64,000 nt of DNA from Carcharhinus longimanus (taxonomy: Eukaryota), in NCBI GenBank assembly GCA_030264375.1, contig JASCQW010000081.1:34531262-34595261 (forward strand). The letters are read 5' to 3'. The notes under the pieces were generated by a model, which worked only from the letters and a program-made list of their open reading frames with translations, had not been told where the DNA came from and searched no databases. Made by a program: the position numbers and the translations under genes. Positions 13,801 to 25,491 of this stretch are shown piece by piece (the stretch's first letter is position 1; each line of letters starts with the position of its first letter).

Positions 13801-16800
13801 TATGAACTGGCAACAAGCCAGGCATATCCCAGCTGTTAAAAAGAGAAATCTGAAGACCCAGTTGTCCTGAACAGTGTTAATATCACTCTTTATCGTTGAT
13901 GTATTAATGCATGGTTCAACACATTCTTTTTTCTTAGGGAAGGTTGTGTAGTTCAGACAAGATGGTGTAGGAAGGCAAGACTTAAATAGAAAATGATGGA
14001 GCAATTAGAAAAGGAAAGAAGCATCAAGTAATTAAAGCCTCAAGAATTCAGTAGTAACAATATCATTTATTGTTGAATAATAATTTCTAACTGTCATGTT
14101 TCGTATCCGACAAAGGTTTTATTTTTTGTCCTAAAGTTCCTCAGGCTACTCGAAATATCACAAATATACAGACTGTTGCAACTTCCCAGCCATCAGGATC
14201 ACATTCAGGGCATCAACAGGATTTCCCACAACGTTCCAGACAACCCTCCGAATGTGTGAGTTATTTGTTTCTGGTTCTTTCATAAAGTACTGCAGTTGCA
14301 CAGGGCTTTCTCCAGCATAGAAGACTCTACATAAATATTGCCATTTGCAACTTTTCTCTGAAAAACATTTTTCAGTGCTTGACACCCTGGACAAAGCCCT
14401 GGTTGTAACTGAGCTGAGATTATCAATGTTATATGGTAATTAATATAACATATATAGAAATCTCTGTACTTACAGCTAAACAGTTGTAGTAACATACTTG
14501 TATTTGAAAATGGTATATCAGATAACTCTTTTTAACACTATTATCACTTTCCCCACCCTTCCCACACACAATATTTTGTAAGTTATTTCCTCCCCTCTTA
14601 AAGCATGGTTTAGTGAAAAAATGCTAGAAATTGGAAATCCAGTAACTTGCAGCAATAGTCTGTCTCATTGCTTTTTTGTTTCTAATTTTCAGTCAGAACC
14701 ACATCAGACGCCTCCTTATTCTCCTCAAACTGCACATCAGCAATTAACACCAAATTCATCTCAAACAACTTCTGTTTCTCATCCACAGACCCAACAAACT
14801 GCTTCTCAAAATAAGCTTGCACAGACACTTGCTCAGCCAACCCATCAGGTTCAGTTGCCCATATTTCCATATCCTCAGCCTCACCCAGGTCAGTATTCCA
14901 ATCTGCACTCCCTGGGTTTACTACAGTCACACCAACCACAGCACCAGGTGCAAATGCCCACTAACTCTTGGCCTGCAGTCCTTCACTCTGCATCTAGTAA
15001 CCATCCCAACATTACTTTTTCAATGCGGTCTAGCAGCAACACAGCTAATCCCAACAATATGAATCTCAATGATCCTAGTATCATCTTTGCTCAGCCTGCT
15101 GCCAGGCCTATGGGTATCTCCAACACTCCTCACGATGGACAGTGGCACAATCACATGACTCGCAGCACACTAGTGGGAAATGGCACTCTGGGAGCTTCAG
15201 GTATATTTCTTTTTCTCATTATATTAATATGTAACTATTGTTCTTCTAATATGTAATGGACATGCTTAAATGTAATTTTATAGCTCTTTCAACTGTTTTT
15301 AGTACGTGTGCTTATATTTTTTGTCAGATGTTATCGAGCAAAAACACATTCCCTTTATGACCAGATGGCAAATGACAATGAGCTGAAAGATTATCAAATA
15401 AAGTAATAAATGAGCTTAAAGATACAGTTTGTGATAAATTCCAGAAGATGTCCAACCTGTGCTGAATTGGCTAATTTTTGGTCGGGAAAATTGTTAGGCG
15501 CTACATTTGCACTCAGAAGCTGGCTAACCCTTTGCCCTTTCCGCGCCATATGTCAGGTGAAGATAGGATTGATTCAATATCTTGTTGATGATGTCTACCT
15601 GACCTGTGAAGGATGGCCAATGTCAGCTTACTGGCACCTGTAGAATCAGCAAAATTGAAAGAGAAAGGAAGCAAATGAATTAATCATGCTTTCAGAAGAA
15701 GTTGTGATTTTGTCTCATACAGAAACAGTAGAGGGCAAGAAAAGCAGCAAAGTACTTCCCGTATAATTGAATATTTTGGAAATATTTTGCGACTCAGATT
15801 ATAAAAGTATAAACTACACACAAGTACCTATAGTTTGTCACCATCAATATTTATTTCATAAAAAATAAACCAGTGAAAAAGATAGAGATCAACTTCACAA
15901 TCTTTGTGTTTTGCTTTTTGAATACTTTATGCCCAAGGGATCCTAACAGTAAAACACCTTGTGATGATTATTTTTAATTCTCCAAAATTAGCACCAACAG
16001 AAACAAAAAATACTTGATAAAGGATTCTATGCTATTTTTCGAGGTTAATTTAGCCTGTAATTTGCCTCTTCCCATTCCCCTCTTTTTTTCATCTTAAATA
16101 ACTATGTTTATATTTATTTTGAAAATTAATCATCAATAATAGCACTTTTTAATTCATTATTACTGATAGGAATAAATTCTCATTAAACCCTCTGCGCTGT
16201 TTTTTCTCAAATGTGTAGTATTGTATCAATATTTTGCTCATACTTCTGACAGAATGTTGTTTTTAACTGTGTTGGTGATGTAAAGTAAGTACATCTTGCA
16301 ACAAAACATGTTAACAAGCTACCCTGCTACAAGGTTAAATGTGTTGTTACAGAGAAAAATAATACTATGGAAGAGTTACATACCACCCAGTTTGCAAATG
16401 GGACAAAAGAATGCACTTTATAGGCTTCTTAATGTTAATTTTAAGCAATCATGTCTTACAACAAACATTTGACTTTTTTTCCTCCATGGAAACGTAGATC
16501 AAAGGTTTCAGGGACAATTTGCAAAACTAAATCCTCCACCCATACCTTGGGAGCATCATCCTCTTCCTCATTTTCAAGCACCGTGGCCTTACAGAATGCC
16601 TCAGAACTTCATTCAGCAGGGAAATACGAACTATCCTCAGCAGAACAAATCCTACTATTCTCAAGGTACCAATAACAGCAAGCCATTCTGATCAGGTTTA
16701 ACTATTGCAGAGTGATATGGCAGGTAAATATAGGAGTCTTACTTCTCACTTTATATGTATCCCCTTGTTGTAAATGGTTTTGGGAACAGAAAGTATACCC

Positions 16801-17575
16801 TACATTTAATGGACCTCGTGTACACTCCACTCAAATAGACCGTGGGAAGCCAAGAACTTTTCGTGTTAAATCACAAGCATCAAATCTGTGATCCAGGATT
16901 TTATGAATTATAGAAATTGTACCTACAACTAAATGGATGATAATCCTTAAATGCATTGGTTTTGTTCTCTTTCTGTCATCCAATTGATCCAGCCTTTCTG
17001 TGATATGGTGCAGAACACTGAAAATGTACTGATAAATTGTGATGTGGAAGCTTAATAAAAACATGACCAACACCAAGCAGAAGCAAGAGAACAGGGCACG
17101 GGAGTATCAAATTCCACGAAATCTGTAGTATTTTATAGATTGAACTAGGTTTTGCTGCTGGTTCATTGGGCAAAAGCAGCATATAACTGAACCATACAGA
17201 CCAGTAGGTGAAGATGGTACCTAACTTTACAACCAGCAAACTGAATTTCCCATCCAAATAATGGTGAGTTCCAGAAAACTTGTTTCACTTATGCAAAGCA
17301 ACTTGCCTGTGTCTGCAACAATTGACCTGCTGTCCCATTCACACTTAAGCAAAGTTTTTTTTAAACATACTATTACAATTGAAGTTTGAATTTTTCAATT
17401 TGCTGGAAACGTGAATACAATGTTTACATTCTCACAATGTAGCTCTGACATTGGTGTTTCTGTAAAACCTGTAAATATTGCTATTTTGACAGGTCCTACA
17501 ATCCACAGTAACCAGCATTTTCCAATCATGCAACAAGGAAGAATACGGATGAATTACATTCAACAAAAGAAGTGA
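1778..17575 (+). CDS. TUT4: Terminal uridylyltransferase 4 (ZCCHC11), 3' portion, multi-exon; 5' exons lie upstream of the window
   Basis: Exons 1778-1891, 3725-3802, 4797-4974, 7512-7559, 7653-7735, 10461-10576, 11455-11615, 14137-14255, 14693-15200, 16498-16665 and 17493-17575 splice in frame with GT-AG ends. They encode the NTase/PAP-associated region, two CCHC knuckles and a Q/P-rich tail with NDPSIIFAQPAARP, which is typical of TUT4 rather than TUT7. Confidence 0.95.
2047..2345 (-). mobile_element. tRNA-derived SINE, third family (tail GGGATGGGCAATAAATGCTGGC)
   Basis: Reverse complement of the copy at 59277. Confidence 0.8.
3725..3802 (+). CDS. TUT4: TUT4 exon
   Basis: tttgtag|ATT...CTG|gtaata; IFDGKEVPQRMVDGWNAFFFDDVEEL. 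Confidence 0.93.
4797..4974 (+). CDS. TUT4: TUT4 exon (PAP-associated domain)
   Basis: ctttag|AAG...GAAG|gtatta; KKKVPELGTNKESVGELWLGLLRFYTEEFDFKEYVISIRQKKLLTTFEKQWTSKCIAIE. Confidence 0.95.
5628..5940 (+). mobile_element. tRNA-derived SINE (shark HE1-like, CR1-type tail)
   Basis: Pol III A box (GGTGGCACAGTGG) and B box (GGTTCAGTTCC); body GTGGAGTTTGCACATTCTCCCC; homologous to the copies at 25178 and 44085. Confidence 0.85.
7512..7559 (+). CDS. TUT4: TUT4 exon (nucleotide-recognition loop DPFDLNHNLG)
   Basis: ttccag|AT CCT...AAA A|gtaagt; DPFDLNHNLGAGVSRK includes the His typical of uridine-selective TUTases. Confidence 0.95.
7653..7735 (+). CDS. TUT4: TUT4 exon
   Basis: ttgcag|TG ACC...ACA|gtatgt after a 93-nt intron; MTNFIMKAFINGRKLFGTPVYPHPGMET. 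Confidence 0.93.
8443..8773 (-). mobile_element. tRNA-derived SINE, third family
   Basis: Reverse complement of the copy at 59277. Confidence 0.8.
10461..10576 (+). CDS. TUT4: TUT4 exon (CCHC zinc knuckle)
   Basis: ttttag|GAT...AG|gtaagt; DYFFDSKILTDGELAPNDRCCRICGKIGHYMKDCPKRR. Confidence 0.95.
11455..11615 (+). CDS. TUT4: TUT4 exon (last CCHC zinc knuckle)
   Basis: ttaag|A ATG...TCT G|gtaatt; MKKKENEKDEEKDSKEEEKELREKRCFICGDTGHMRRDCPEYRTTRPRNSAVS. Confidence 0.92.
12754..12829. repeat. Exact tandem duplication with a 40-bp period
   Basis: TATCTTGCACCATGAGATTTTCTTTTTAAGGAAACT at 12754 and 12794. Confidence 0.9.
13301..13503. mobile_element. Fold-back Penelope-type terminal-repeat element with a 13-bp target-site duplication
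   Basis: Inverted arms at 13302-~13348 and ~13419-13465 surround an A/T-only core; TTATATTTAACTT occurs at 13288-13300 and 13504-13516. Confidence 0.8.
14137..14255 (+). CDS. TUT4: TUT4 exon (low-complexity C-terminal region)
   Basis: ctaaag|TT CCT...TGT|gtgagt; VPQATRNITNIQ...RSRQPSEC; phases match both neighbours. Confidence 0.85.
14693..15200 (+). CDS. TUT4: TUT4 exon (Gln/Pro-rich tail)
   Basis: ttttcag|TCA...TCAG|gtatat; lies within ORF 14621-15256; contains PHQVQLP-like and LNDPSIIFAQPAARP motifs. Confidence 0.92.
16498..16665 (+). CDS. TUT4: TUT4 penultimate exon
   Basis: cgtag|AT CAA...CAA G|gtacca; DQRFQGQFAKLNPPPIPWEHHPLPHFQAPWPYRMPQNFIQQGN...SYYSQ. Confidence 0.88.
16839..16891 (+). 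CDS. TUT4: TUT4 candidate alternative terminal coding segment (DRGKPRTFRVKSQASNL*)
   Basis: ctcaaatag|AC CGT...TGA is phase-1 compatible. It begins DR-, like the recalled human canonical C-terminus. The acceptor is weak. Confidence 0.45.
17493..17575 (+). CDS. TUT4: TUT4 terminal coding exon (GPTIHSNQHFPIMQQGRIRMNYIQQKK*)
   Basis: ttttgacag|GT CCT...AAG TGA is phase-1 compatible and is followed by an AU-rich UTR and AATAAA. Confidence 0.8.
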
Positions 17576-17990
17576 CTTAAAAAGAAATCCACACCATGAT
17601 ACACAGTTGCTGATACTTAATTACTTGGGAAGGGGGAGCAGGAAATTATTTTAAGACTTTTTTTAAACTGTATGATTTGTACATAGACCAAACCTGATTG
17701 TAATTTTTACTAGTTTTTTGTTGTGATGCATCACAATGTGACTTATGATACAGATCACATCTATTTTAATGCCTCCCATTTTTGAAGGTGGGGCAAAATC
17801 ATTTTTTGTTTGAAGCTGATGGAACTGTAAAAAAAAAGCTTTTAAAAAAAACTGGATTTATTTTCTCTTTGTTGTATTCATACTTTGGCTGCCTCAGACT
17901 TTGTATATGGTTCTTAAAAAAAGAAAATATGGTTTAAAGATGGTCAGCTGTATTCAGAGCAAAAGTATATAGTGCCAAATGCCTTTTAAA

Positions 17991-17996
17991 AATAAA
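17991..17996 (+). terminator. TUT4 polyadenylation signal
   Basis: AATAAA about 415 nt after the stop codon, with T/GT-rich sequence downstream. Confidence 0.65.
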
Positions 17997-20794
17997 CTGT
18001 AGCTTTTTAAAAACTTGGTATTTTCTGATAATTGTTGCCTCTGGACTGTCAAAGCGTAGTGCACAAAGCCTCTACTGGGATCAGTTTAATTAATTCTGTA
18101 TTTAATTTGTCAACAACAAAAAACTTTACAAATGTTTGGGACTCTCCTGAAAACAGCAGTTGGTACTAGTTCAGTTATTAATTTTAGGGTCTGAGATTAA
18201 CAGAATTTCATTAACCAAAGGTATTAACGGTTATGGGGAAAGTGGGTGTGTGGAGTTAGTTCACAGATCAGGCGTGCTTTCGTTGCACGGAGAAAGGGGG
18301 TAAAATGACTGTTCCTGAGTTCCTCAACTAATGAACATTGATCTTAAGGAATCCATGCAGTAAAGCCTGTTGACGACAGACACCATAGGGACACAATAGG
18401 CATCTGCTGTTTTTTTTTGCAGGTGATCCTATTTTCAAAATGGTCATTGTATGAACTGTAAAAAAAAAGTTGAATGAGAAACCCTCTGTTCCTGGGATAG
18501 AGCTATGGAAACATTCAATCCCAGAGATCCAGTTGTTTCTTTGGCATAATGTATGCTGGATAAAGAGCTCTCAGTTACACCAAAACTCTCATCTTGCAGT
18601 GACTGGCATATCTTGATGTGAGAATTTGGTTACGGAAGGGAAGCAAGCTGCAAACAGAAGTGCCTGGGAACTCAACTCTGAAAGTTCCGGATTAGCAGCT
18701 TTGCAAAGAGTAGCAGTCTTGGTTTTAAGTTGTAAAAGGACTGGTATACTCATTCTTTGAGTGTGTCCATTTACACAGATTTCACTGCAACAACAAGCAT
18801 CCAGCTCTGTCTCCCAATTTTATCCTATCTCTTTGGAAACTTCCTCTTCACGTCATTCCAATATGGTTCCTAGCTTTTTTGACAGCACGAACAGCCCTAA
18901 CCAGTCACAAATGACTTACTTTGTGATTTGTGACCATTATGCATTGTCCCTCCACAACTCTTCAGTAATGCTCAACACTGAACCATGTTATCCTGTTGCA
19001 ACATCTCAACCATCATCCAGCATTTGGACTGATGTCCACAGCTAACTATATGAGCATAGGCAGTGCACCTTAAACATTTCTGTCTCTTGCAGCTTAACCT
19101 GTTGAATCCCACAAAAATCTATTTTACCCGTTCCTTTCTTTAATTTACATTCTGTTGCAAAGTGACATTGTTAGCAATTTACGCTCTAATGACATCCAGC
19201 TCTGCCTCTCCACAACTTCCTTCGGTTCTCTCTATGCACCCCTCCTCTCCCCCCCCCCCCGCCCCCCACCTCCCCCCGACCCCAACATGCTTCTTTGTTG
19301 TCAAACTACTTATTTAAAATTTTGGTTTTTGATAAGTCTGAATATATTTCTGTTAAACATCAGAAAGAACATCGTCAACCACCACCACAAAGTTTGCTAT
19401 CATTGATGACTCCATTCCCCTCTTTCGCTAGTGCCTAAGGTTAAAGCAGGCCAAACTCCAGTAGCCTGCCAAACACCTGAGCTGAATTTTCAGCTCCATA
19501 TCCTCTTCATCTCAACACGTACTTCCATTTCCATAACATAACCTGCTTTCCTCCTCACAAGGCATCTTTGAAATCTGCAAACTTACCTTCATCTCTTCAG
19601 AATCTAAGCCTAATGACCATTTAATAAGATCATAGCTGAACTGGTAGTGGTCGCAACTCCCCTTTTCTGTCCGGTCCCCATAACCCTCAACTCCCTTGTC
19701 TATCAAAAGTCTACCCAGCTCAGCCTTGAATAATTTCAATGACCCAGCCTCCTCCTGAGAGAAAACAAATTCACCTCTTCTCCATCTTAAAAGGCAACCT
19801 CTTATTTTTTGATTGTGTCCCCCAGTTCTAACCTCCATAAGAGGAAACATCCTTCCTGTATTCACCCTATTGAATCCACTCGGCTCTTCATCCCATGCAT
19901 GAGACAAATGAACCTTATCTGAACTGCTTTTAAGGCATTTAGATCCAAAGTTGTATATTGTATTCCAAAAGTGGTCTCACCAAGGCCTTGTACAACTGTT
20001 GCAAAACTTCCCTACTTTTACATTCCATTCCCTTTGCAATAAAGACCTACTTTCCATTTGCTTTCCTAATCACTTGCTGTACCTGCATGCTAACTTTGAG
20101 ATTCATGAACCAAATCAGTCAGACCCCTCTGTATTGCAAAGTTCCACAATCTTCATTTAAATAATATGCTGTTTTTCTGTTCTTCGTGAAGTGGCCAAGT
20201 TCACATTTTCCCACATTAGGCTCCATCTACCAATCTTTTGCCAATTCACTTAACCTATCTATAACCCTTTGCAGACTTCTTATTTCCTTTCAACTTATTC
20301 TCCTGGTCATCTTGGTGTCATCAGCAACTGTAGTACCATACTTTCAGTCCCTTCATCCAAATCATTAATATAAGTTGCAAACAGTTGAGACCCCGGCATT
20401 GATCCCTGTGGCATACAATTAGTTACAACTTACTACTACCTGTGAAATATTCTATACAGACACTTCGACCATTTTATCACTCAAAAACATGCCTACCCAC
20501 GTACTCCTAATTTGAGACAACAGAGGGCTGCGTTTCACACTTAGTTTTATTAAAACACTTGCAGGTTACAGGAACAACTCTTACACAATGTTAACTTGTC
20601 CCCAGACTAGGCTGACTACCAGAAGAACACAAATATTACCCGCTCTAATAAACTTGACCAGGCTGTCTGATTCAATTCACTGAGCTCGCGTCAATGGATG
20701 AACTCAGAGTCTTCTTGGTATAAAGGCGCATATCCTTCTTTCAAGATGTGGTTCCAGGGAGCCTGGCTGAAACTGGGGAATGCGCAAACATAAT

Positions 20795-21747
20795 GGGGGC
20801 GATCTTCCCAAAAAAATTCTAAGTGTTATAAAAGTCTGAAAATGGGGGTGTGCCACACTGGTACAGCAATCTTCTTGTCGCTTGTTAGTTTTTTGATCGC
20901 TGGAAGACTTGTGCAGAGGGGAGCCTAAATAAGCCAGTGAAACCAGCTGAAGACTGATCGGGACACCATTGCACAGGGTGCCCCGATGTGACCATGAAGT
21001 GGGAGACCTCCTGCAACACTCTCCCACCAGCACCTCCCTCACCCCCACAGACATCGGGCAGTCACCCATCATCAGTGGCGTGTTTTTCCCCACCCACACC
21101 AATATAGGTTGACAGCATCAGGACCATCCCAGTGAGTCCCCTGGAGGACCCCCCCTAAGCCCCCCCAACTGCATGTCCCCGTGCCAAACACAACCCCCAG
21201 CATGCTACCCCTGGATCACCCCTATGTTTCGCACCCCCCCACCCTTGCAGAGCTCTGTCTCCTTGCATAGCCATCCCTTGCATAAACTACCCCTGTCTGT
21301 GCATACTCCCTTATCACATCCCCACCCCTACTCAGGCCCCATCTCCTTGGCATTACACCTGGCACACATAGTGCCTAACAGGCACTGCCAAGCTGGCACT
21401 GCCTGATGGGCACTACCTGGTCATGCCCTCAATCACCTGAAGGCTTCAATGGTCTTCAATCCTCCTGGCATGGCTATGGGGCCTGATCCCCACTGGTGGA
21501 GACCAGCAGTGATTCTGGCCGGTGTGTCATCACGTCAGCGAGGATTAAACCTGGGAGGCTGGAAGATGCCATGCAGAAGCAGGTCAGCTCTTTTACTTCT
21601 GATTATTTTTATGTATATAGGCCTTGCTGGCAAATCAGGACCAGAAGGATAGCAAACTGATGTGCGCCTATCTTTTATCCCTGCCTGCGATCTTGCCAGC
21701 TCAACACGCTGATTGACTGGCAGGGCAAGCTGGTATGATTGTACCCA
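20795..21747. mobile_element. GC-rich non-autonomous DNA transposon (MITE, possibly Harbinger-like)
   Basis: Imperfect terminal inverted repeats GGGGGCGATCTTCCC / GGTATGATTGTACCC around a C-rich interior. Confidence 0.5.
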
Positions 21748-22054
21748 AACTCTTTTTCTATTGTTCTAGCTGAGTACCTCTTGATGGTTTAAGATCGAGC
21801 CCATCTGTTCAATACGCAAGATAAATCTGGGCTGGTCCCTGTGGGCTTTTGACTCTATGGAAAACTTGGCCTGTTTGAGTTCTATTAGGCTTTTTGCTTG
21901 CTGAAGCTGTTTAGCTGTGGATTAATTTAAAATGTTCAATTTTATGTTGGACCTAGTTTCTTAGGCTGTTGGCCGCTTGGCCACATTGCCAACCAAAAGA
22001 TGAACCATTTATTCCTATTTTCTGATTCCTGTTAACTAAGCAATCCTCTATTTA

Positions 22055-22890
22055 AATGTGTAATATCTCGAAATTTGCAAATCACACAAAACTGGGTGGA
22101 AAGATGAGCCGTGAGGAGGATGCAAAGATCCTTCAGTGTGATTTAGACAAGCTGTGAGTGGGCAAATGAATAGCAGATCCAAGACAATTTGAATAAATGT
22201 GAGGTTATCCACTTTGTAGCAAAAACAGGAAGGCAGATTACCATCTGAATGACTGTAAATTAGGAGACGAGAATGTGCAACAAGAACTTAGTGTCCTCAT
22301 ACACCAGCCCCTGAAGGTAAGCATGCAGGCAGTAAAAAAGGCAAATGGTATGTTGGCCTTCATAGCGAAAGGATTCAAATTCAGAAGCAGGGATGTCCCA
22401 ATGCAATTATACAGGACCTTGGTGAGGCCTTTACCTGAAATATTGTGTGCAGTTTTGGTCTCCTTATCTGAGGAAGGATGGTCTTGCTGTAGAGGGAGTA
22501 CTGAGAAAGTTTACCAGACTGATTCCTGGGATGGCAGGTGTGAGGAAACATTGAGTCAGTTACAATTGTATTCACTGGAGTTCAGAAGAATGAGGAGGGA
22601 ACCTCATAGAAACCTATGAAATTCTAACAAGACCAGACAAGGTAAATGCGAGAAGGATGTTCCCGATGGTGGGGGTGTCCAGAACCAGGGATCTCAGCCT
22701 GAGGACAGAGATGAGGAGAAATTTCTTCATCCAGAGAGTGGTCAGCCTTGAGGTGAAGAAGATCAAAGGATATGAGGGGAAGGACGGATCAGGCTATAGA
22801 GTTGGATGACCAGACATGATCATCTACAATAGCAGAGCAGGCTCAAAGTGCTGAATGGTCTCCTCCTGCTCCTATTTTTTATGTTTCTGT
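22055..22890 (+). mobile_element. CR1 LINE 3' fragment
   Basis: Decayed ISKFADDTKLGG; AVKKANGMLAFIAKG...LYRTLVRP; tail CTCCTGCTCCTATTTTTTATGTTTCT. Confidence 0.88.
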
Positions 22891-23162
22891 GTTAATATGT
22901 TACTCTCTATGCAGGAGCTCTTTTTTAAGTAGCAACCTTTAATGCAGCACCTTATCAAATGCCTTTTAGAAATCCAAGTATGTCACATCCAAATGTTCCC
23001 CTTTATCCACTTTGTCCATTACTTTCTCAAATAACTCTAATAAATTAGTTCAATATAGTTTCCTTTTCTCAAAACCATGTTGACTCTTCTTGATCCCATT
23101 ATGATTTTCTAAGTATCCTGCTATAACCTCTTTAATCATATATTCTAGCAATTACCCCATGA

Positions 23163-24140
23163 CAAATAGTGCTGGAAAAGCTCAGCATGTTGGCAGCATC
23201 TGTAGGGAGAGAAACAGAATTAACAGCTCAAGACCGATATGACATATTTGGAATTGAAGAGAGATAGAAATGTGTTTTATGTTGTTGAAAAAGGGGGAGA
23301 AGGTCAGGTGGAACAAAAGGAACAGTCAGAGGTAGATTAAAGGGGGGAGATTAAATACCAAAGGTGTCATGGAAACAAAAGGCAAAGAGAGTGCAAGTCC
23401 AGGTGAGCAGCAATTTACTTGCACTTCTTTCAGTTTGGTCCACTGTATTCACTGTTCAAAATGCGGCCTCCTCTACACTGGGGAGACCAAATGCACATTG
23501 GGTGATCGCTTTGCAGAACACCTCCACTCATTTTGTAAACGTGATTCCAACCTTCCAGTCACTTACATTTTCAATTCACCATCTTGCTTTCATGTTTGCA
23601 TCCTGTCCTAGGCTTGCGGCAGTGTTCCAATGCAAGCTGCAGGAACAGCACCTCATCTTCTAATTAAGCACTTTATAGCCTTCTGGGCTCAACATTGAGT
23701 TTAACAAATTCAGACCATGAACTCTGTGCTCCATTTTAATTCCCCCCTCACCCCTGCACCCCACAGTGTCAGTCTGTGTCTTGTTTTCAGACTGAGCTGA
23801 CCTTTATTCTACTATGAACACTTACTCTAGACAAAAGCTTTGTTTCTTTATGACAACTTTTAGCATTCCCTTTTCCTTTTGTTCCACAGCATATTTGGCA
23901 TTTGATTTCCCCCATCCTCTAAGCAATTCCTGACCTTCCTTTTTGCCTTTTGTTCCACTTGACCACCAGCCTTTCAACATAAAACATATCAGATTTTTAT
24001 CTTTCTTTAGTTCTGAATGAGGGTCATATTGAACTCAAAACATTCATTTTGTTTCTCTGGAGGTGTTGCCACTCTGAGTTCTCCCAGCATTTTACTTTGA
24101 TTTCATATCTCCAGCATCTGCCGTACTCTGCTTTTATCCC
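23163..24140 (+). mobile_element. Penelope-like element remnant (GIY-YIG endonuclease)
   Basis: ORF 23369-23611 QFTCTSFSLVHCIHCSKCGLLYTGETKCTLGDRFAEHL, flanked by oppositely oriented terminal repeats. Confidence 0.85.
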
Positions 24141-25177
24141 TATGATGAATATTTAGGCTAACATGATGCTAGTTTCCTGCTTCTTCTATCTCTTTCCTGA
24201 ATATTTTACTATTGGCTGGGATCTTACCCAAACCTAAGAAATTTTGGAAGATTATTACCAATGCCTGCCTCTACTATCTCTGCACCCCTTATTTTAATAC
24301 CCTAGGATGCAGGCCATCTGGTACTGGGGACTTGTCAGCCTTTAGGTCTAATAGTCTTCTCAGTATCCTTTTTCCTGGCAATGGTGATTTTTAACTTTCT
24401 CACTTTCACCTCTTGATTTTCAAATATTTTTGGGCAGTTTTCTAAATCTTCTCCAAAGACCAAATCTTCCCCAAAATACTTATTTTTACCATTTCCTTTA
24501 TTAATTGACTCACTCTGTTTGCTCTCCCAGGAGATTACATGGCTTTGGGGTAGCAGAAAAAGATGTTTTGATCAGGATCAATCATCATGGTGCAGTGCAG
24601 GCTTGGTGAAGCAGCTGATATTTTCAAGTCTGTAATTGCAATTCAGACCGAAACCGGGCATAGTTTTCCATATTAAACTTGACCAAGTTCTTGTATAGTA
24701 ACAAAATGGTATGTCGTGTTTTACAATCAATGCCCATGAATGTACCCCAACACCTTCATCGTTTTAGACATCACCACAGAATTACTCATGTGCTTTTAGG
24801 GATCTACAGACTCGAACAACCATTTCTCTTTGTCCACCTTTAATGCTTTTTCCTGAAGGATGTATGATTGTGTGAACATTCACCCTGCCCTAATACATAC
24901 TGCAATATTTATCCAAGTTAAACTTCAGCAGTCACAAGCCCAATCTCTCAACGCACCTCAAGATCTACCTGAAGTAGCTATTAGTGTGTATGGTCTTAAC
25001 ACACGTTTTGCATCCGCTACAAGTTTGTTGATCCCAACACCTCCATCCAGATCACTCATAAAAATAGTAAAGAGCAATTGTGCTAATACCAATCACTGCA
25101 AGTTGCTAAACAGATTAAATAACATTACTTCTCGTTGTGGTTGGAAATGACTGAATTGCAAATGTTAAATGTGTTGT

Positions 25178-25491
25178 GGGCAGCATGGTGGCACAGTGGT
25201 TAGCACTGCTGCTTCACAGTGCCAGGGACCCGGGTTTAATTTCAGGTTGAGATGAATGTGTGGAGTTTGCATGTTCTCCCCGTGTCTGTGTGGGTTTCCT
25301 CTGAGTGCTCCGGTTTCCTCCCACAGTCCAAAGATGTGTGGGTTAGGTGGATTGGTCATGTTAAATTGCTCCTTGGTGTCAGGGGAATAGCTTGGGTAAA
25401 TGCATGGAGTTATGGGGATAGGACCTGGGTGGGATTGCAGTTGGTGCGGACTCAATGAGCCAAATGGCCTCCTCTGCACTGTAGGATTCTA
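25178..25491 (+). mobile_element. tRNA-derived SINE (HE1-like), near full length
   Basis: GGGCAGCATGGTGGCACAGTGGTTAGCACTGCTGC... to the ...CTGCACTGTAGGATTCT tail. Confidence 0.88.

Larger units (their letters stand above)
19600..24520 (-). mobile_element. Decayed CR1 LINE split by three younger insertions
   Basis: CR1 RT/3' sequence resumes collinearly at ~19600-20430, ~21986-22052, ~22891-23162 and ~24140-24520. Confidence 0.7.

Noticed and set aside
16711-16723. 13-nt micro-exon (ttgcag|AGTGATATGGCAG|gtaaat)
   Set aside because: The upstream intron would be only 45 nt, too short for typical vertebrate splicing; I treat it as an alternative donor instead
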